A stretch of 64,000 nt of DNA from Pecten maximus (lineage: Eukaryota), in NCBI RefSeq assembly GCF_902652985.1, contig NC_047017.1, positions 17,980,001-18,044,000 on the forward strand, in the 5' to 3' direction. Of the stretch, positions 12,842 through 26,400 are shown piece after piece. The notes beneath the pieces were generated by a model. The model did not search any database, was not told the DNA's origin, and worked only from the letters and a program-made list of their open reading frames with translations. Numbering within the stretch: the stretch's first letter is position 1; the number at the start of each line of letters is the position of its first letter. Made by a program: the position numbers and the translations under genes.

Positions 12842-14931
12842 TGTACAGCATTTAGAATGATAATTTGTGTTGACTTTACTTTATTTTGCACGCTTGGAAC
12901 ACGTTTACATAATGTCTGAATATGTGTTCGATAACCATACATAACCATAGTCCATTGGGCAAAGCAATACCTTTCCTGTGGGAAGGGTTATAAAAGAAAG
13001 AAATCAAGACCAAAAACGGCCTGAGATCAACCTTATATTTAAGTCGCGTTACCATAACACGACGTTTTGGGATGATCATTGCGACAATGGGCGATGTTTT
13101 CATGACGGTATGTGTAGGTAAAATACATTTATATATAAAAATACAGTTGTAGTTATAGGGAACAATCAACCAAAGTTGAGCCAAGGATAAAATGTCTGGC
13201 AGCCACTGATTGGCCAGTATGTTATGAAGTAAGAAAATAGATATGTAGCCTGATAGGTAACTATCCATAAGAAATGTTGATATAAATTTCGTAAGTCCGA
13301 TTGATTTTTTCTCTCCAAAAGTTCAGGTAATAATAATTAACAGGTAAACATTTAAGATTTTTGAGAATTTTTACTGCGATTTTTTGTTATTATATGTTAT
13401 ATGAGACCCTAAACTTTTGGTATAAACCATAATTGTCATATTGAATTCAAGAATTTGAATGAAATACTCCAAAACACTAAAGTCTATGGAAAAACAATTG
13501 GTTGGTTGGTCCCTATAAAAGTTCCAGGAAAGTCGAATTGAATTTAATATAAATGAATCTTTCAACTGTACCGGTGGTCATAACATAGCTCGACATGTGT
13601 TCTAGAGTTAAGTTAAAAGTTGGAATTATAACGATTATCATTATACTCAGATAGAGGTTGATTGATGAGGATTAATGTCCTTGTTCCGGTTAAAACGTCT
13701 AAAAAAAGATAATCTGAATTGTATAAAATAAATATGTATTGTAAAAGGGAATGGTAGTAGAGATAAACAGAAGAAAATTAGGAGAATTTAGAAAATAATT
13801 TGCTCTATTTTGGAGGTACAATACCAAATAGACTGATTGATCAAGACAACAGAGGTGGAGGACGCCAAACCGGAATCAAGTTAATAATCATTTAGTACAG
13901 TAAAGTTTTCAAAAAAATGTTATTGAATTATTCTATTTTTTTCTTTGTCATAGATATGATTAGATATCAAATCAATATGTAAAGGCTTGTAAGATTTGTC
14001 TCCCTTGGGAGCTGGTTACCGGGCACGGCTGCGCTGTATTAATTATACCTCCCTGCATTTTTAGTTCTCTGGCTTGATTTTAAAAAATGAATAAAATATA
14101 TTCAAAAAATAGTTCTTAAAAAAAAAATTTTTAATTTTTTTTTTTAATTTAAAGTTGTTGTGCACCAAGTCACACGCATTGTTAAAACTTGTCAAATACA
14201 CAAAATACTCTACGTGTTATAGTTGTGCTGGAAAAGATGCGCTCGCAAAATAAAGCCGCTTTACAGTATAGTTGACCAGAGACCTGCCTCTTGTTTTTTT
14301 CTGAAACCATGCAGATACATATACATTTATTTGTACATGCATATTTTTTTAACGGAGCAATAGGATGAAGGTGTCGTTTAAAAAAAAACCGATTTCAATT
14401 AAAATTTATATACGGGACCACAGGGACTTGGCATAAATTGTCAACTTATATTCGAGTCCGTGGGTTCGGAATACTTTCTATATGTGTCGGGTCCCTGTGC
14501 AGTGTACGCACTCTAGAGTAAATTAAGTTTTGAGACGACCCCAGAGAGAACATAAAGTTCGAGCTATGTATCTCCTTTGAATAATGCTATTGATATTAAT
14601 GACTTAATGACTTATGTAGAAATCGGCCTGACCAGAACATTAATGAGAACTTTTACCTATAATGTATGCATAATGTCAAATCCTCTAAAGAAAATTCGGT
14701 TTTAAGACGATCCAAGGAAGAAATTAATAGGTGTAGCAGGTAGATATCGGCCCTACAAGAAGGTTAACGAGAACCGACTTGTCCAGCGAAAGGAAAATAT
14801 ACTGAAAATATTATGTGTCACATGAGTGAATCGGATGTGGTTTTATTTCCTGTTTTAGCAAGCTTTTTAACCTCCCCCTCGTGTTTAGATTTCTTTGTCA
14901 TACCCCAAGGCAGGGAAAGATTCTATTTAAG

Positions 14932-15050
14932 GATTAAACTGTCTTTTTTTGGTGCCTATGGTCGATATAGATGTCAGAGCTTTGCAAACAAACGTCAAGC
15001 CCTGGCATCTATATCGACCATAGACACCAAAAAAGACAGTTTAATGCTTA
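14932..15050. repeat. Near-perfect hairpin/MITE, about 50-bp arms
   Basis: ATTAAACTGTCTTTTTTGGTGCCTATGGTCGATATAGATG paired with CATCTATATCGACCATAGACACCAAAAAAGACAGTTTAAT. Confidence 0.85.
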
Positions 15051-15744
15051 TATTTACATTATCGACATAATTTTTGTTATTTTTGAAAATTAAAATCGAG
15101 TTAGCATGAAAAAATACCAATATTCAGCGACTTCGTCAATGGGTTCGACAAATGGAACAGCCTATTTATTCAAAATTCATTTGTCACGTGCAGATTGGCA
15201 AACAAAAAGGTGCATTGAAATAATACGAAACAACAAACGTTTAAATGATAACTTTATCCAAATTTGGATGAGTTTGCTGAAGGTTCATCAAGATGTTATT
15301 TGTATCTCTATATCCATCTTAAACTGATCCCTATATTTCGATTAGCAAATAGAGAGATATCGTAATATTTTAAGAGAGTATAGATTATGCATTTATTGTA
15401 GCCAGAATTTGGTAGAAGAGTTCCAAATTGTCCAATTTATGTAATTTTACATAAAAAAAGGTTAATTAAAAACGATACTTTTGACATCGACCCTCGTCAC
15501 GTTAACTGTAATGTTCACTTGATAAAGATGCTACAGGGGTATCAAATGTTTGTTTGAAAAAAAAAAAAAAAAAAAAGGATGCTACAGCGCCGACAAAGAG
15601 TAATTATGACGATTTGAAATAAGAAAAGCCTGTAATGGCATGTTCTTAATATTGCTTATATCATATGCTATTGCTATCTTCAAAGATTGTAATATTATAA
15701 AATATTTACTGTAAAACTAGTATATGACAAAACGCCTGAAAATG

Positions 15745-16102
15745 TGCTATACACACTAGAGGGGAGATCCAAATACATGTAGACTGTAACAGATTCTCAG
15801 GTCCCTGTGCTATACACACAAGGGGAAGCCCAAATACATGTAGACTGTAACTAATTCTCAAGTCCCTGTGATACACACTAGGGGAGATCCAAACACATGT
15901 AGACTGTAACAGATTCTCAGGTCCCTGTGCTATACACACTAGGGGAGGTCCAAATACATGTAGACTGTAACTAATTCTGAAGTCCCTGTGCTATACACAC
16001 CAGGGGAGGTCCAAATACATGTAGACTGTAACAGATTCTCAAGTCCCTGTGATACACACTAGGGGAGGTCCAAATACATGTAGACTGTAACTAATTCTCA
16101 AG
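15745..16102. repeat. About 60-bp tandem repeat, 6 units, alternating A/B variants
   Basis: TACACACTAGGGGAGRTCCAAATACATGTAGACTGTAAC followed alternately by AGATTCTCA and TAATTCT(C/G)A. Confidence 0.92.
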
Positions 16103-17443
16103 CCCTTTCGGTTTCCAGTATATATCGAAAGCATTTCATTCCATAGTAAAACATTAGACATAACTATCGTTCCATTGTTCTTTGGACGTGAACATCAAGA
16201 GATTTAGGTATGGTCCAGGGCGACAATTAGAACTACGATGTAGACCAACACTGGTATTTTCAATAAGATTTTAGGACGAGAAAGCCTTATTGGATTCCAG
16301 ATTAGGTGGCTTAATGTGTAAACTAACATAACATTATCATGTATCGTTCTTGTCAGAAAAAAAAATCTATTCAGCAGTTGTAAGGAAGCCACCCAACACA
16401 TTGACTTGATTGTAATGAGAGGTCAAAATAGTGGAGGGAGTGATCTACTTTGATGTACAATGTACAGTACTCTATATTTAACCAAATACTGTGTTTGAAT
16501 TATAAGAAGATACAGATATCTAGATGGATCGAGACAGGCAGAACAGATTTGAATGATCACCAGACAAATGCTACAGGAAAGTGTGTATATTTTGTTAAAA
16601 AAAATTAAAGAAATAATTGAGTACAGTATGAAAATATACAGAGAAAATGAGATCCAACGTCCGGTGTAGGTACATGTAGTTCTATATGTCCGGTAGTCTC
16701 CCTAGGATGGATTCCTCATGGAATACATGAGTCCGGTACATAAAAAGTGTGTAAACAATAAGTAAAGATGACCAGACAACATCCGCAGGAAGATCTTCAA
16801 CTGAAAATATGTTTTATTTCCGATTACATATAATCAATTACTTAATGATGATATTCATAACTTCCTAGTTAATTGAATTAATAATGAAATAAAATATGCA
16901 GATGATTAATTAAAATCAGAAGCAAGTCTTTTTTTTTATATATATTTTTTTATTTTTAAAGACATTTAAATGCATAAATACATAAGAACCACACACACAA
17001 ACACACATCAATTCCAATATTTATGGTTTACAATTATTATCATAATCATAATATCATCTTCACCATCATCATCATGACCTAGATCTTTCATCATCATACT
17101 CGTTAATATCATCATCAATTAGACAAGAATGATAAGTACATATAAAATCATAAATATTCTTATACATGATTGTGTAAATATTCCGATAAACATACATATA
17201 CCCTCTCACACACATACATATTCAGTTTCCTGGTAGCCTGATATATCCTGTCGAGGACTCAGTTTCTGTGTATCAACTCTTGCCACGTCAACTGAGCCAT
17301 CGGCAAGTCTTCATGTCACAGAAACAACATGGAAATTCATCTAATAATGAGCTGACTTGCAGTGTACACATTTAATTTACAAAAACAGAACAGAGTATCA
17401 TATTCTAGTTGTTCATTACATCTTATTACACCGTCAGAGAAGA

Positions 17444-20400
17444 TCAGGATATAGAGAAAACTTTCCCCTCCATTTTAAATGATTTTCCTGATTCACTGTT
17501 CTCTGGAAGACGGGATACCAGTACCTAGAAAAGAGACATTTTATAAATTCTGTAACTTTTCAGTATGTTTTTGGATTTTAGATTGATCTATAAACTGATA
17601 GTTCATTATAAAAATGACCATATTCATATTGTCTCCATTCACTTATTTTAAGAATTATACATTTTTTGGGCAGGGGATATTTTAATGATCTTGATCCATT
17701 CAACTCCATCTTCATCAATTCTGTGTCTTGTGTCTATGTGAACATTTGATAAAAATTGAACAAAATTCTATCTAAAAATCACAAAAGTTATTAACCAGAA
17801 ATTGACATTATCACTGTGATATCCTACCTTTGGTCTGTGTATCACTGTGATATCCTACCTTTGGTCTGTGTGTATCACTGTGATATCCTACCTTTGGTCT
17901 GTGTATCACTGTGATATCCTACCTTTGGTCTGTGTGTGTCACTGTGATATCCTACCTTTGGTCTGTGTGTGTCACTGTGATATCCTACCTTTGGTCTGTG
18001 TGTATCACTGTGATATCCTACCTTTAGTCTGTGTGTATCACTGTGATATCCTGTGTATCATTGTGATATCCTACCTTTGGTCTGTGTATCACTGTGATAT
18101 CCTACCTTTAGTCTGTGTGTATCACTGTGATATCCTACCTTTGGTCTGTGTATCACTGTGATATCCTACCTTTGGTTTGTGTGTATCACTGTGATATCCT
18201 GTGTATCATTGTGATATCCTACCTTTGGTCTGTGTGTATCACTGTGATATCCTACCTTTGGTCTGTGTGTATCACTGTGATATCCTGTGTATCACTGTGA
18301 TATCCTACCTCTGGTCTGTGTGTATCACTGTGATATCCTACCTTTGGTCTGTGTGTATCACTGTGATATCCTGTGTATCATTGTGATATCCTACCTTTGG
18401 TCTGTGTGTATCACTGTGATATCCTACCTCTGGTCTGTGTGTATCACTGTGATATCCTACCTTTGGTCTGTGTGTATCACTGTGATATCCTACCTTTGGT
18501 CTGTGTGTATCACTGTGATATCCTACCTTTAGTCTGTGTGTATCACTGTGATATCCTACCTTTGGTCTGTGTATATCACTGTGATATCCTACCTTTGGTT
18601 TGTGTGTATCACTGTGATATCCTACCTTTGGTTTGTTTGTATCACTGTGATATCCTACCTTTGGTTTGTTTGTATCACTGTGATATCCTACCTTTGGTCT
18701 GTGTGTATCACTGTGATATCCTACCTTTGGTTTGTGTGTATCCCCGCTCCAGTACCCAATACACATACTTTCTGTTGTATGACCCAAATCACCTCCACTG
18801 GAAGTTAAAACATTTCCTTTGATGACATACAATTTTGTGAAGAGAAATTATATTATCTTTCAATTTTGTTATTGTATTAAACCCAAATAAGTATATTCTT
18901 TAGAAGGTAGAGACAAGAGATAAACAATTAACATCAGAGAAATAACATATCATAGCTTAAGACAAGGTGAGCTTTCATTTCCATTGGATGGTTGGACATT
19001 TTTACCACCTTAGGTATAAATTAAACTTTTTTTTTAAATTTTTGCAATCATTAGTATGCTACAACTGTCTTGTTAATCTAGATGGTATTCAGGATTTTAA
19101 TGTGGATCAATGTATGACTATCTGATGGATACGGTTGGGGTAGATGAATCATTGATGGATACGGTTGGGGCAGATGAATCATTGATGGATATGGTTGGGG
19201 TAGATGAATCATTGATGGATACGGTTGGGGTAGATGAATCATCGACGGATATGGTTGGGGTAGATGAATCATTGATGGATATGGTTGGGGTAGATGAATC
19301 ATTGATGGATACGGTTGGGGTAGATGAATCATTGATAGATATGGTTGGTTGGGGTAGATGAATCATTGATGGATACGGTTGGGGTAGATGAATCATTGAT
19401 AGAAACGGTTGGGGTAGATTTATCATTGATGGATATGGTTGGGGTAGATGAATCATTGATGGATACGGTTGGGGTAGATGAATCATTGATGGATACGGTT
19501 GGGGTAGATTTATCATTGATGGATATGGTTGGGGTAGATGAATCATTGATGGATACGGTTGGGGTAGATGAATCATTGATGGATACGGTCGGGGTAGATG
19601 AATCATTGATGGATACGGTTGGGGTAGATGAATCATTGATGGATATGGTTGGGGTAGATGAATCATTGATGGATACGGTTGGGGTAGATGAATCATTGAT
19701 GGATACAGTTGGGGTAGATGAATCATTGATGGATACGGTTGGGGTAGATTTATCATTGATGGATATGGTTGGGGTAGATGAATCATTGATGGATAAGGTT
19801 GGGGTAGATGAATCATTGATGGATACAGTTGGGGTAGATGAATCATTGATGGATACGGTTGGGGTAGATTTATCATTGATGGCTATGGTTGGGGTAGATT
19901 TATCATTGATGGATATGGTTGGGGTAGATGAATCATTGATGGATACGGTTGGGGTAGATGAATCATTGATGGATACAGTTGGGGTAGATGAATCATTGAT
20001 GGATACGGTTGGGGTAGATGAATTATTGATGGATATGGTTGGGGTAGATGAATCATTGATGGATATGGTTAGGGTAGATGAATCATTGATGGATACGGTT
20101 GGGGTTAATGAATCATTGATGGATACGGTTGGGGTAGATGAATCATTGATGGATACGGTTGGGGTAGATGAATCATTGATGGATACGGTTGGGGTAGATG
20201 AATCATTGATGGATATGGTTGGGGTACATGAATCATTGATGGATACGGTCGGGGTAGATGAATCATTGATGGATATGGTTGGGGTAGATGAATCATTGAT
20301 GGATATGGTTGGGGTAGATGAATCATTGATGGATACGGTCGGGGTAGATGAATCATTGATGGATATGGTTGGGGTACATGAATCATTGATGGATATGGTT

Positions 20401-23400
20401 GGGGTACATGAATCATTGATGGATATGGTTGGGGTACATGAATCATGACAGAAGAAGGTGACTCATGGTTTGGGTAGGTTATATTACTTGTGGCTGGGTT
20501 AGGTGACTCATGGTTTGGGTATGTGACTCGTGGCTGGGTAAGGTGACTCATGGTTTGGGTATGTGACTCATGGCTGGGTAAGGTGACTCATGGTTTGGGT
20601 ATGTGACTCATGGCTGGGTAAGGTGACTCATGGTTTGGGTATGTGACTCGTGGCTGGGTAAGGTGACTCATGGTTTGGGTATGTGACTCGTGGCTGGGTA
20701 AGGTGACTCATGGCTGGGTAAGGTGACTCATGGCTGGGTTAGGTGTCAGACTCGTGGTTTGGGTAGGTGACTCGTGGTTGGAGTAGATGACTGGAGGTTA
20801 GGGTAGGTGACTTGTGGCTTGGTTAGGTGACTCATGGTTTGGGTATGCGACTCGTGGCTGGGTAAGGTGACTCATGGCTGGGTTTGGGTATGTGACTCGT
20901 GGCTGGGTAAGGTGACTCATGGCTGGGTTTGGGTATGTGACTCGTGGCTGGGTAAGGTGACTAATGGCTGGGTTAGGTGTCAGACTCATGGTTTGGGTAG
21001 TTGACACGTGGTTGGAGTAGATGACTGGAGGTTGGGGTAGGTGATCATGACTTGTGGCTTGGTTAGGTGACTCATGGCTGGGTTAGGTGACTCATGGTTT
21101 AGGTATGTGAGTCATGGCTGGGTTAGGTGACTTGTGGCTGGGTTAGGTGTCAGACTCATCGTTTGGGTAGGTGAATCGTGGTTGGGGTAAATGACTGGAG
21201 GTTGGGGTAGGTAACTTCCCAGGTCTGATAATGTAATCAGCCCATAGTCATTTTTAAAGCTCTTCACTATGTCACCCAACCATTAAAATTATACCTACAC
21301 ATCATGGCCGATTCATCATCCTTGTCCAGTCTCAGAGCCAGCACCCCTCCTAGCTTCTGTGTGATTCCGGATAGATAGTCAGACTCTACAATACACAACA
21401 GAGAGTGCTACCGTACCACATTGTTTATATTTACATTGTACTTTCACATTCATTTGCATTCAGCATCAACATACATTGGCTGTGATCCATGAAGACAGTG
21501 CTGACTCCTAAACTATATATAGGTAACTGGCTATCTATGATAAAAGGAAAGTTAGCAGGGGCTCACATACAACCCATTCCCGCTTAAAAGTATTAAGTGT
21601 GACCTTTGACCTTTAACCTTCATCAATGTTTACAAAAATCTATTCAGGTGTAGAACTTGATTGTATGATATAATGGTGAATATGAACTAAATCTGTCCAA
21701 GGGTTCAAAAGATATCTTGTGCACAAGACAGACAGATGCAAGGATGCACACATACATATCCATCCTTTACTAAGTGGTAAGGTATAATTATGAAAGTATC
21801 CCAGAAGACATTGTTGAACTTTCCACTACCTGGTAGCTACAGTCTGTATCTTCTTTGAATTCAGTCAGTCCTGACTTCCAGGCTATAAAACTTCCTACCA
21901 GCAGAACCTAATGCTATTGCCTAAATTATCTATCATCATACCTATATACCTAGGAAATTATGAAATCATCACTGTGAGCATTTCCGACTCTCAAAACCTC
22001 TAGTCTACCTTATAACTGGTTCTGAGTGTTTTTCTGACTCTCAAATCCTCTAGTCTACCTTATAACTGGTTCTGAGTGTGTTTCTGACTCTCAAAACCTC
22101 TAGTCTACCTTATAACTGGTTCTGAGTGTGTTTTTGACTCTCAAAACCTCTAGTCTACCTTATAACTGGTTCTGAGTGTGTTTCTGACTCTCAAAACCTC
22201 TAGTCTACCTTATAACTGGTTCTGAGTGTGTTTCTGACTCTCAAAACCTCTAGTCTACCTTATAACTGGTTCTGAGTGTGTTTCTGACTCTCAAAACCTC
22301 TAGTCTACCTTATAACTGGTTCTGAGTGTGTTTCTGACTCTCAAAACCTCTAGTCTACCTTATAACTGGTTCTGAGTGTGTTTCTGACTCTCAAAACCTC
22401 TAGTCTACCTTATAACTGGTTCTGAGTGTGTTTCTGACTCTCAAAACCTCTAGCCTACCTTATAACTGGTTCTGAGTGTGTTTCTGACTCTCAAAACCTC
22501 TAGTCTACCTTATAACTGGTTCTGAGTGTGTTTCTGACTCTCAAAACCTCTAGTCTACCTTATAACTGGTTCTGAGTGTGTTTCTGACATACCTAAAAAG
22601 TGATCCCTGAAGGCCAAACTGACTCCCAGGCTTCCACTGTCTTGAGTCTGTACACACTCGGCACACTTCTGAGCAAACAGGGTCCGCATCAGGTGCTCTC
22701 CACTTCCTGTTATCAAGTGCACCATAAATATCATTGATTCCAGTATAGGAAATAAGTGTAGTGATAAATAGGCAAAATGATAATAAGCAGTATGATAATA
22801 AGTGGTATATGGTAAGTATTGTGATATTGATAATAAGTCGTAGGATAAAAGTGGTGTAAAAACTAGAGTCTAATGTAATAAAGTTGTCTTTCTAACAAAT
22901 ATTGGCTTATATCGATATATACTACTGTATGTGTTTAAAAATTATTCTTCTTGAAACCTCACTATTTAATTTATTTACAATTTATCTCGTTATTTGTAAG
23001 TGTTACCTGATGTTGTTATGGCTACTCCTGCCTTTTTGTCAGATTTCCAATTATGAGCCCAACATCCTGCACCATACATGGCTGCCTACAAAAATGCATG
23101 TACCTAAGGTAATAAAAACTTTTTTTTTAATTCACAATATGCAAATCAGCATGAATTATATCTAATAGTTAATTAGCTTATTTCACTACTGTTTACATTC
23201 ACACCTTGCTTTCACACTATTTTACATGTGTAAAAGTTGAGGAAATTTATAAACTTTATTGAGTAGATTACATGGTGACTGTCTACTTACAAGTTACCAC
23301 TCTGTTGTTCGATATACCGGCTGTTTATACTATTCGGAACTCCTTAGTCATTTGACAGCAGAAGTGTTCTGAGTACAGGTAATTTGGCGCGAATATTGCA

Positions 23401-26400
23401 CGTGCGGATTGCCGCGGTTGTCTATATAAACCTGTACACCTGTGTAGTTCGTCGGTCAGATGGAAAGTCTCGATTGGACTGCCTGGCTCAGCTCTCCCTG
23501 ACTCACGTAGTCAGAATGAAAGTCTTTATAAGACTGTTATGGTAACACTCACTGTCAGTAGTTTTGTGTACTATCATTTATAGTAGAGCCATGTAGCCGC
23601 TAGTTTACTAAACTACTGTCATGTTGTCATATAGTATATGTGTGGAGTGTGTGACAGAGTTGTATAATTTGTCCCTATGTCTGTATATTTTACACAGTGT
23701 TGTCTTAATAAAACTATCTGAACTTTATATATCTTGAGTTTGTGTTTATTTGCCAGACTTCACTTACAAATGATGACTCGGAATGTAAGACCGTGACGGA
23801 CCCAAGATCAGCGAACCTGGGTATAAATATTTCAAAGGTGTCGGTTTGAGGTGAAAAGCCGCTCCTTTTACACATGTATTGTCTTTGATGAAATAAATGC
23901 ATGATTTCTACAAATTTTCTGTTGATTAGTTACTACTATTTCATCTATACAATTTCATGTTCTACTTTCTTTCCTTTAACTGATGACAGTCATTGTCTTG
24001 TCGGCTAGTTATCAGAGGTCTATTGGTAGGAATACCTTCACACAATTAATGACATATGTGCACAACTAGGTTAATTGCCATATATAAAAAGACCAAGATA
24101 AAGGCATGAATAAGCCTTCAACAATGTCTACTCAGTAATTCAGTGACTCTATCAACGGTAGACAAGAAACTGTGTCTGATATTATAAGACACTGCAGACA
24201 GGTGTTACACTTACAGGGCCAAGTCTACCGGAATGTTTCAGGGAGATGCCTCCACTTGACACAGCAGCAGACACATTTCCATCGGAATCCATGGCAACAG
24301 CTCCTACAGTATCCTGGACACCTTGAATGATACAAGGAAGAGGCTCATCCTCCTCGTTCCTAGCCTGTGAATTAAAGTTAGTTTACTAATCACCAAATTT
24401 CATAAATGTGCTCATTTATACTTGAGTAAGTGTAAATATACAGCAGTCAACCTCACAGATCAAATCAAAGATCAAATAATTTTGATAATCAAGGAAATAA
24501 TTGCTATTCACAGAGCAACCCAAGTATAAACACAGTCAATTGTAAAAAGCAATATGGGTAAATGTGTCCTTTCTATAGAAACTGAATATTAGCCAAAAAC
24601 TTGACTATTATGAATGGAAATATTTATACCATATATATTTATCCTTTAATAAATCCCCTCCCAGGTGTAAAATTTTAGCATTAAAGTTTGGGGAGGGCTT
24701 ATTTGTTTGTATTCCATTATAACAGACTCAAAAGTGTCTGTAAACTGTTACTGACCTTAGGTGAATTTCCTGTCTGCCATTTTGTTCTTTTTTTCTTCAT
24801 TCTTTCCTCATGTTGATCTAGTTTCCTTTTGTGGGATTCATAAGTTTTCAATGAGGAATCTGTTTAAACAACAATAACATGTCAGACAACTCATGTATAT
24901 AATAGGAAAGTAATGAAAAATATCTTCCCCGTGCCGGTTTCGAACAAGCAACCTTTTGCTCTCAAGGCAAACATCCTACCACTAGGCTAAAGAGAAATTC
25001 CTGATAGTCTGAGCTAATAAGGTGACCTTATACTCTCTACTTTCAGGTGTGTTTAGATGTAATTTGTATTTACTCTCTAATATGTTATGTATGATGAAGT
25101 ACAATCTTAAAATTAAGTTGTACACCTAAACATCTTAATACATCAAGATATACACATCTTCCACAAATCCAAGGCCTCGGCTCTGGACTTCCATAACAGC
25201 ACCCTTGAAATATAAACTACATGTAGCACTAACTGATCTAACAGTACCTGTTTTCAGTAGCTTCTTGTCCACCAGCTCCACTCCATTATCCTGAGCCCAT
25301 ATACTTGCTCCCTCACCAACTAACACACTGTTAAGTAACAAATACAACAATCTGGTTGGATTACATCATAAATAACTCTTAGAACTTTGAGTACTTATAT
25401 ATATATAATGCATATTTTTTTATACTAAAAATGTTTTTAATGTCCTGTTGATTTTCAAACATTATCACTTTATTATAGAAATACATGTACATTGTGTAAT
25501 ATTGGCCATCAAATTAAAATTACTGTATACAATTTTATTGTATCCTCTTAGGGAGATCAAGAGTGTATATGTGTGTGCCCGCATAATTATGAGCATCAGC
25601 AACTGTATAAATAATTATTACCACAATTAATTCCTAACTCTAACTTCCAGCAATGATGCTTGAGCTGCCTATAATAACTATTACTCACCTGAAGCAGTCC
25701 CAATACCAAATTTGATCCCTATATATTATACCTTTTTCTAAGTATTTTTCCTCTAAAACAACACCAAGTTCAATTGTATCTGCTCACACCTGGCTCTACA
25801 GCCCAGATGAGTTTTGTCCCTTTTTGGAAAATAGTAAGAGACCTACTTCAATACTATGATACTCATATTGAAAACCCTTGGCTAGCGAAATTGGTAAGGG
25901 ACTGATAGCAATATTTACAGTGTAAAATGATCAGATGTAATACCATTACATCACCTGGAGTAGTACTGACCAACCAAATCAAACTACATGTACTAAGTGT
26001 CTGTGGTAATACATATGCATGAAGCATAGAAAAAAGGTGTCCAATTCGTTATAATTTTAAATACCTTAATTACACTCATTTCTTTAATACACAAAAAGTT
26101 ATCTTATTTCACCTTGGGGGTAACCTTCCTAGAGACAGACATCCTTTCTTTTGTTCATCAAGTAAAGATCTGGCCACTAGAATGGGATTTTTCACACCTG
26201 AAATAATTAACGCATCATTAAGGTATCACACAGGTATCTACTGAATCGGTGTCATTTTGGACAGTGGCCGAAAAAAGCTTGTAAGCTTTGAAATAAAAAG
26301 AAAGTTGTGAGTAGTAGGTTAAATCTAATCTATTCACTTATGCACATCATTTGATATGGTTTACATTTCAATCAAAATGTGTAAGACATGAAATATCTGG

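Noticed and set aside
12876-13268. 130-aa minus-strand ORF
   Set aside because: No recognisable motif or supporting exons.
17808-18742. Relationship between the 33-bp array and the 22-bp palindromic element via shared GTGATATC
   Set aside because: Only an 8-bp match; the 33-bp unit is explained by local exon/intron sequence.
17847-18822. Plus-strand Cys/His-rich ORFs ([11 protein letters not shown] repeats)
   Set aside because: Antisense readings of the 33-bp array, not a metal-binding protein gene.
19078-20551. Long ORFs (367 aa [10 protein letters not shown] repeats; 252 aa [10 protein letters not shown] repeats)
   Set aside because: Translations of a 30-bp intronic minisatellite that is open on both strands by chance; no unique sequence or splice context.
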